From Candidatus Latescibacterota bacterium (GTDB lineage: Bacteria; Latescibacterota; UBA2968): a stretch of DNA of 64,000 bases. The notes beneath the pieces were generated by a model. It saw nothing but the letters and a program-made list of their open reading frames with translations, was not told the origin of the DNA and ran no database searches. Made by a program: the position numbers and the translations under genes. Numbering within the stretch: position 1 is the first letter of the stretch; the number at the start of each line of letters is the position of its first letter. This document shows, one piece after another, positions 60,622-64,000 of this stretch. The DNA lies in assembly GCA_965198115.1 (NCBI GenBank), contig OZ240241.1, positions 1,408,001 through 1,472,000 on the forward strand. Direction: 5' to 3'.

Positions 60622-61888
60622 TAAGTGCATGGTTTCATAAACATTATTACGTATGTCTTGAACATTATTTGTAGCTTATGTTCTCCTTCAAAAGGAGGAG
60701 AACAATGCCAAGACGTTCGCCTTATGTGGTGCTACTGTCTGAGAAGGAACGGGTCGACCTCGAGCGAATGGCTGGACAATATACGTTACCGTATTATCAA
60801 GTGATCCGATCGAAAATCGTGCTTCTCGCCGCCGAGGGATTATCCAACAAGATTATCGCCCAACGGTTGGATGTCCCGCGTCCGATCGTAAGCAAATGGC
60901 GTAAGCGCTTTTTCGAAGAGCGTCTTTCGGGACTCGAAGATAGATCTCGTCCCGGGCGCCCGCCCGGTTTTCCCCCCTCAGGTGGTCGTTCAGATCAAGG
61001 CGCTGGCGTGTGAACTACCGAGCGAGAGCGGGATACCGCTCTCGCGGTTCAGCTGTTCCGAGATTGCCGCCGAGGCAGTGCAAAGGGGCTTCGTTGCCAA
61101 GATCAGCGGCGCCACTGTCTGGCGCTGGTTGAACGAGGACGCGATTCGTCCTTGGTATCATCGCTCCTGGATTTTCCCACGGGACCCGGACTTCCAAACC
61201 AAAGCAGGTAGAGTCCTTGATCTGTATCACCGCCAATGGCAAGGAAAGCCTTTAGGGCCGAGGGAATATGTATTTTCTGCCGACGAAAAGACCAGTATTC
61301 AAGCACGAGCTCGCAAGCACGTTACCCTACCGCCAGCCTCGAACAGAGCGGCACGCGTTGAAACACGAATACGAGCGGAAAGGAGCCCTGGCCTATCTGG
61401 CTGCTCTCGACGTGCACAATGGTCGAATCTTCGGTCTCTGTGAGTCTTCTTCGGGTATCGAGCCCTTCAACCGGCTCCTGAGCCTGATCATGAGCCGGAA
61501 ACCCTATTGCTCGGCAAAGAAAGTCTACCTCATCGTGGATAATGGCTCCTCGCACCGAGGGCAAACATGCATCGACCGTATCCAGGGGAAGTGGCCAAAC
61601 ATCCACCCCGTTCACCTTCCGATCCACGCAAGCTGGCTCAATCAGATCGAGATCTACTTCTCGATCCTCAAACGCAAGGCTCTGACACCTATCGAATTTG
61701 CATCGCTCGAAGAGCTTGAGGCAAGAATCCTCGGTTTTCAGGAACGCTACGGACGTATCGCCACACCCTTCAAATGGAAGTTCACACGAACAGATCTCGC
61801 GGAGATGATCGACAAACTCAGGTTCTACGATACGCCCTTGGCAAAGTCTGCTTAGAATACGTCACCGTATTTGCGAACAGGAGTAATA
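60622..61888 (+). mobile_element. IS630-family element (three ORFs; slippery TTTTCCCCCC site at ~60970 plus a second frameshift at ~61362); ends approximate
   Basis: HTH ...SKWRKRF...RPGRP, DEK, HEYERKG, DNGSSH, SWLNQIE; weak 30-bp IRs ending ACGTA. Confidence 0.9.
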
Positions 61889-62002
61889 AGTGTCTTCTGT
61901 CCTCTGTCATCCGTCCTCTACCAAAGGGGCGAAGCCGTCTTTTGGAGCCTGCCCCGAGCAAGCGAGGGGTCCACAGCCCACCACCGACCGCCCACGTCTT
62001 TC

Positions 62003-63172
62003 TCATCGCTCCACCCGCTCCCCCCACGGGCCCTCAATGTACGGAAATCGCTCCTCCAGCCCTTCCACCAGCTCCACACCCCATCCCGGCGCTTGAGGCA
62101 TCACAAGGTGGCCATCGCTCCTGTCCGGCTGCACCTTGAGAATCTCCCACTGCAGAGGCCCCTGTCCGACGAAAAGTTCCAGCACCGCATCGTGGGGCAA
62201 CGCGGCGATCAGATGGGCGTTCGACACCGTCAGCAACCCGTTGTGCCAGTTTTGGGGGATCAGGCGAATCCCGCATTCGGCCGCCCGACGGGCAATGCGA
62301 AGCGCCTCGGCCATCCCACAGACCCCGACGTCGAGCTGCGCGATCGAGTAAGCACTCAATTCGAAGAAGGGTTCGAAATCGGCCAATCTTGAATTGGACT
62401 CCCCACCTGTAATAGGAAGCTCGAGGGCCTCATTCAGGCGAGCATACCCCTCCACGTTGTCCTTGGTCAGGGGCTCCTCGAACCAGTCCCAGCCCAGGTC
62501 GTCCAAAACGTGCCCGACCTTGAGCGCATCTTCCTCGGTGAAACGGCAGTTGCCTTCCAACTTCAGCTCCATCCGGTCTCCGACGGCATCGGTCATCTGA
62601 CGCAACAGCTCTACGAAACGGTCGATCGTGACGTCCGACCAGGCCCATTGTGTGCCGATCCGCATCTTGTAGGCCGTGAAGCCCTCGTCTGCCAATGAAA
62701 CCGCCTCGTCGATCACCGATTCGGGATGGTCGTCCCAATCGTACTGAACGCCCGCGGATGCGTAGAGGCGAAGGCGACTTCGGGGTTTTCTATCTGGATC
62801 ATCGGGGGTCAATTCGGGGACGAGCAATTCGGCGACCTGTTTTCCCTCGATCTTTGCGCGGATATCCCACAGAGCGAGTTCAATGCCTGCGCACGTGATG
62901 TCAGCCTGACGGTCGCCCGTGGCGAGAGTGACGAGATCCGGCTCCAGCGGATCGCGCCCAATCAGATCCGGCTTCATCCCGTCGATGCGATCTCGGATCC
63001 TGGGTGGATCGCCATACGTAGATGGTTCCGCGATGCCCGTGACCCCCTCATCGGTCTCGACGACGACGATCGGACAGTCCGCCTTGTAAACTCGAAACTG
63101 GGAGCTGAACCACTCGAGCTCAGGCTCGTGGGAACGCGAGAGACAAAGGGTGCGAAGATCGGTGATTCTCAT
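62003..63172 (-). CDS. Mandelate racemase/muconate lactonizing enzyme family protein
   Basis: VETDEGVTG, ALWDIRAK, WFEEP, GGES, PGWGVEL. Confidence 0.92.
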   Translation of the reverse strand: MRITDLRTLCLSRSHEPELEWFSSQFRVYKADCPIVVVETDEGVTGIAEPSTYGDPPRIRDRIDGMKPDLIGRDPLEPDLVTLATGDRQADITCAGIELALWDIRAKIEGKQVAELLVPELTPDDPDRKPRSRLRLYASAGVQYDWDDHPESVIDEAVSLADEGFTAYKMRIGTQWAWSDVTIDRFVELLRQMTDAVGDRMELKLEGNCRFTEEDALKVGHVLDDLGWDWFEEPLTKDNVEGYARLNEALELPITGGESNSRLADFEPFFELSAYSIAQLDVGVCGMAEALRIARRAAECGIRLIPQNWHNGLLTVSNAHLIAALPHDAVLELFVGQGPLQWEILKVQPDRSDGHLVMPQAPGWGVELVEGLEERFPYIEGPWGERVER

Positions 63173-63307
63173 GGACCATCCAGCAAATGGCTATGATGGA
63201 GAATCGTTCGAGGCATAGTGGATGCTGCCAAGATAGTGTCGGCATCGAATGCCCTGCAAGCGTCGCTGATCCATACTCAACTAACCTGAATTATGCATAA
63301 AAAAAAA

Positions 63308-64000
63308 GGCTCTATCCGGGTTTCTCAACGGTGAAACTATAGAATGACAAGGTCATAGATCGTTCCCTACGCTTGGTTGTGTGTGTAGGACAATCAAAGC
63401 GAAGGGGGTGCGACCTATGACCGGGAGCAGATTACTATCGAAACTGCTGAGATTCAAGGGGTTCCGTGTTGTCAGCTGGTGGTTTGAGGGGAGAAGCTGT
63501 TTCGTCATCGCCGTAAAGCCACATAAGAATGGTTGTTGTTGTCCGGAGTGCGGCCGTCGAGGTAAAATCGTCCGCACAATGCCCCATCCGCGTCGGTGGC
63601 GTGACATTCCGGTGTGCGGGTGGAGGGTCTGGCTTCTCTACCATCCTCGGGAGATTCGGTGTCCTACCCACGGTCGTGTGGTCGAGGAGATTCCGTGGGC
63701 GGAGCGGTTCTCTCGGGTGACGTATCGCTTCGAGTATGCCATGCTGCGCTACTGCCAGACCATGACGCAGAAGGCGGCGTCCGAGTTACTGCGCATCTCT
63801 GCCTCGACGCTGTCGGATCTCCTTCACCGATCCATCACGCGGCTTCGTGAAGGTCATCGTATCCGAGGGCTCAAAACCATCGGGATCGACGAGATCTCCT
63901 ACGCCAAGCGTCACAGGTACGCCACGCTCGTTTACGATCTGGACCGCTCCTGCGTGGTGTGGGTTGGCCGCGGCAGGGCGCGTAAAACGATCGATCGGTT
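63308..64000 (+). mobile_element. ISL3-family element, copy 3 (runs off the window)
   Basis: Matches sequence from 34901 onward; preceded by an A-tract. Confidence 0.95.

Noticed and set aside
1-64000. CRISPR array, cas genes, reverse transcriptase (DGR/retron) or rRNA
   Set aside because: No regularly spaced repeat-spacer units and no cas, RT or rRNA signatures seen

Overview
GC-rich bacterial window. The gene repertoire (DUF6785-type membrane protein, several enolase-superfamily, Gfo/Idh/MocA and PhyH genes) resembles Latescibacterota/Poribacteria-type genomes, which is an inference only. The window is very rich in IS elements and gene fragments: three copies of one IS256 element, pieces of two other IS256 types, three ISL3, two IS630, IS1595, IS3, ISCR/IS91 remnants and a Mu-like DDE transposase, many with target-site duplications (TSDs) readable in the sequence. 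The standout is an intact two-gene operon on the minus strand: an ECF sigma factor (22581-23186) translationally coupled (TGATG) to a ~1058-aa single-chain, miniaturised beta-beta' RNA-polymerase-like protein (19405-22581). This protein keeps the NADFDGD catalytic loop, the rifamycin-pocket segment and the sigma-binding clamp helices, but by eye lacks the beta lobe, beta flap, beta' zinc-binding domain and trigger loop. The operon lies inside an 11.35-kb segment bounded by two direct copies of a 794-bp TGT...ACA non-autonomous element and flanked by a 7-bp TSD that splits an IS256 transposase in frame, i.e. an apparent MITE-bounded composite transposon. All family calls are from motif recognition by eye with no database searches. 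The many junctions mean assembly chimerism cannot be excluded.
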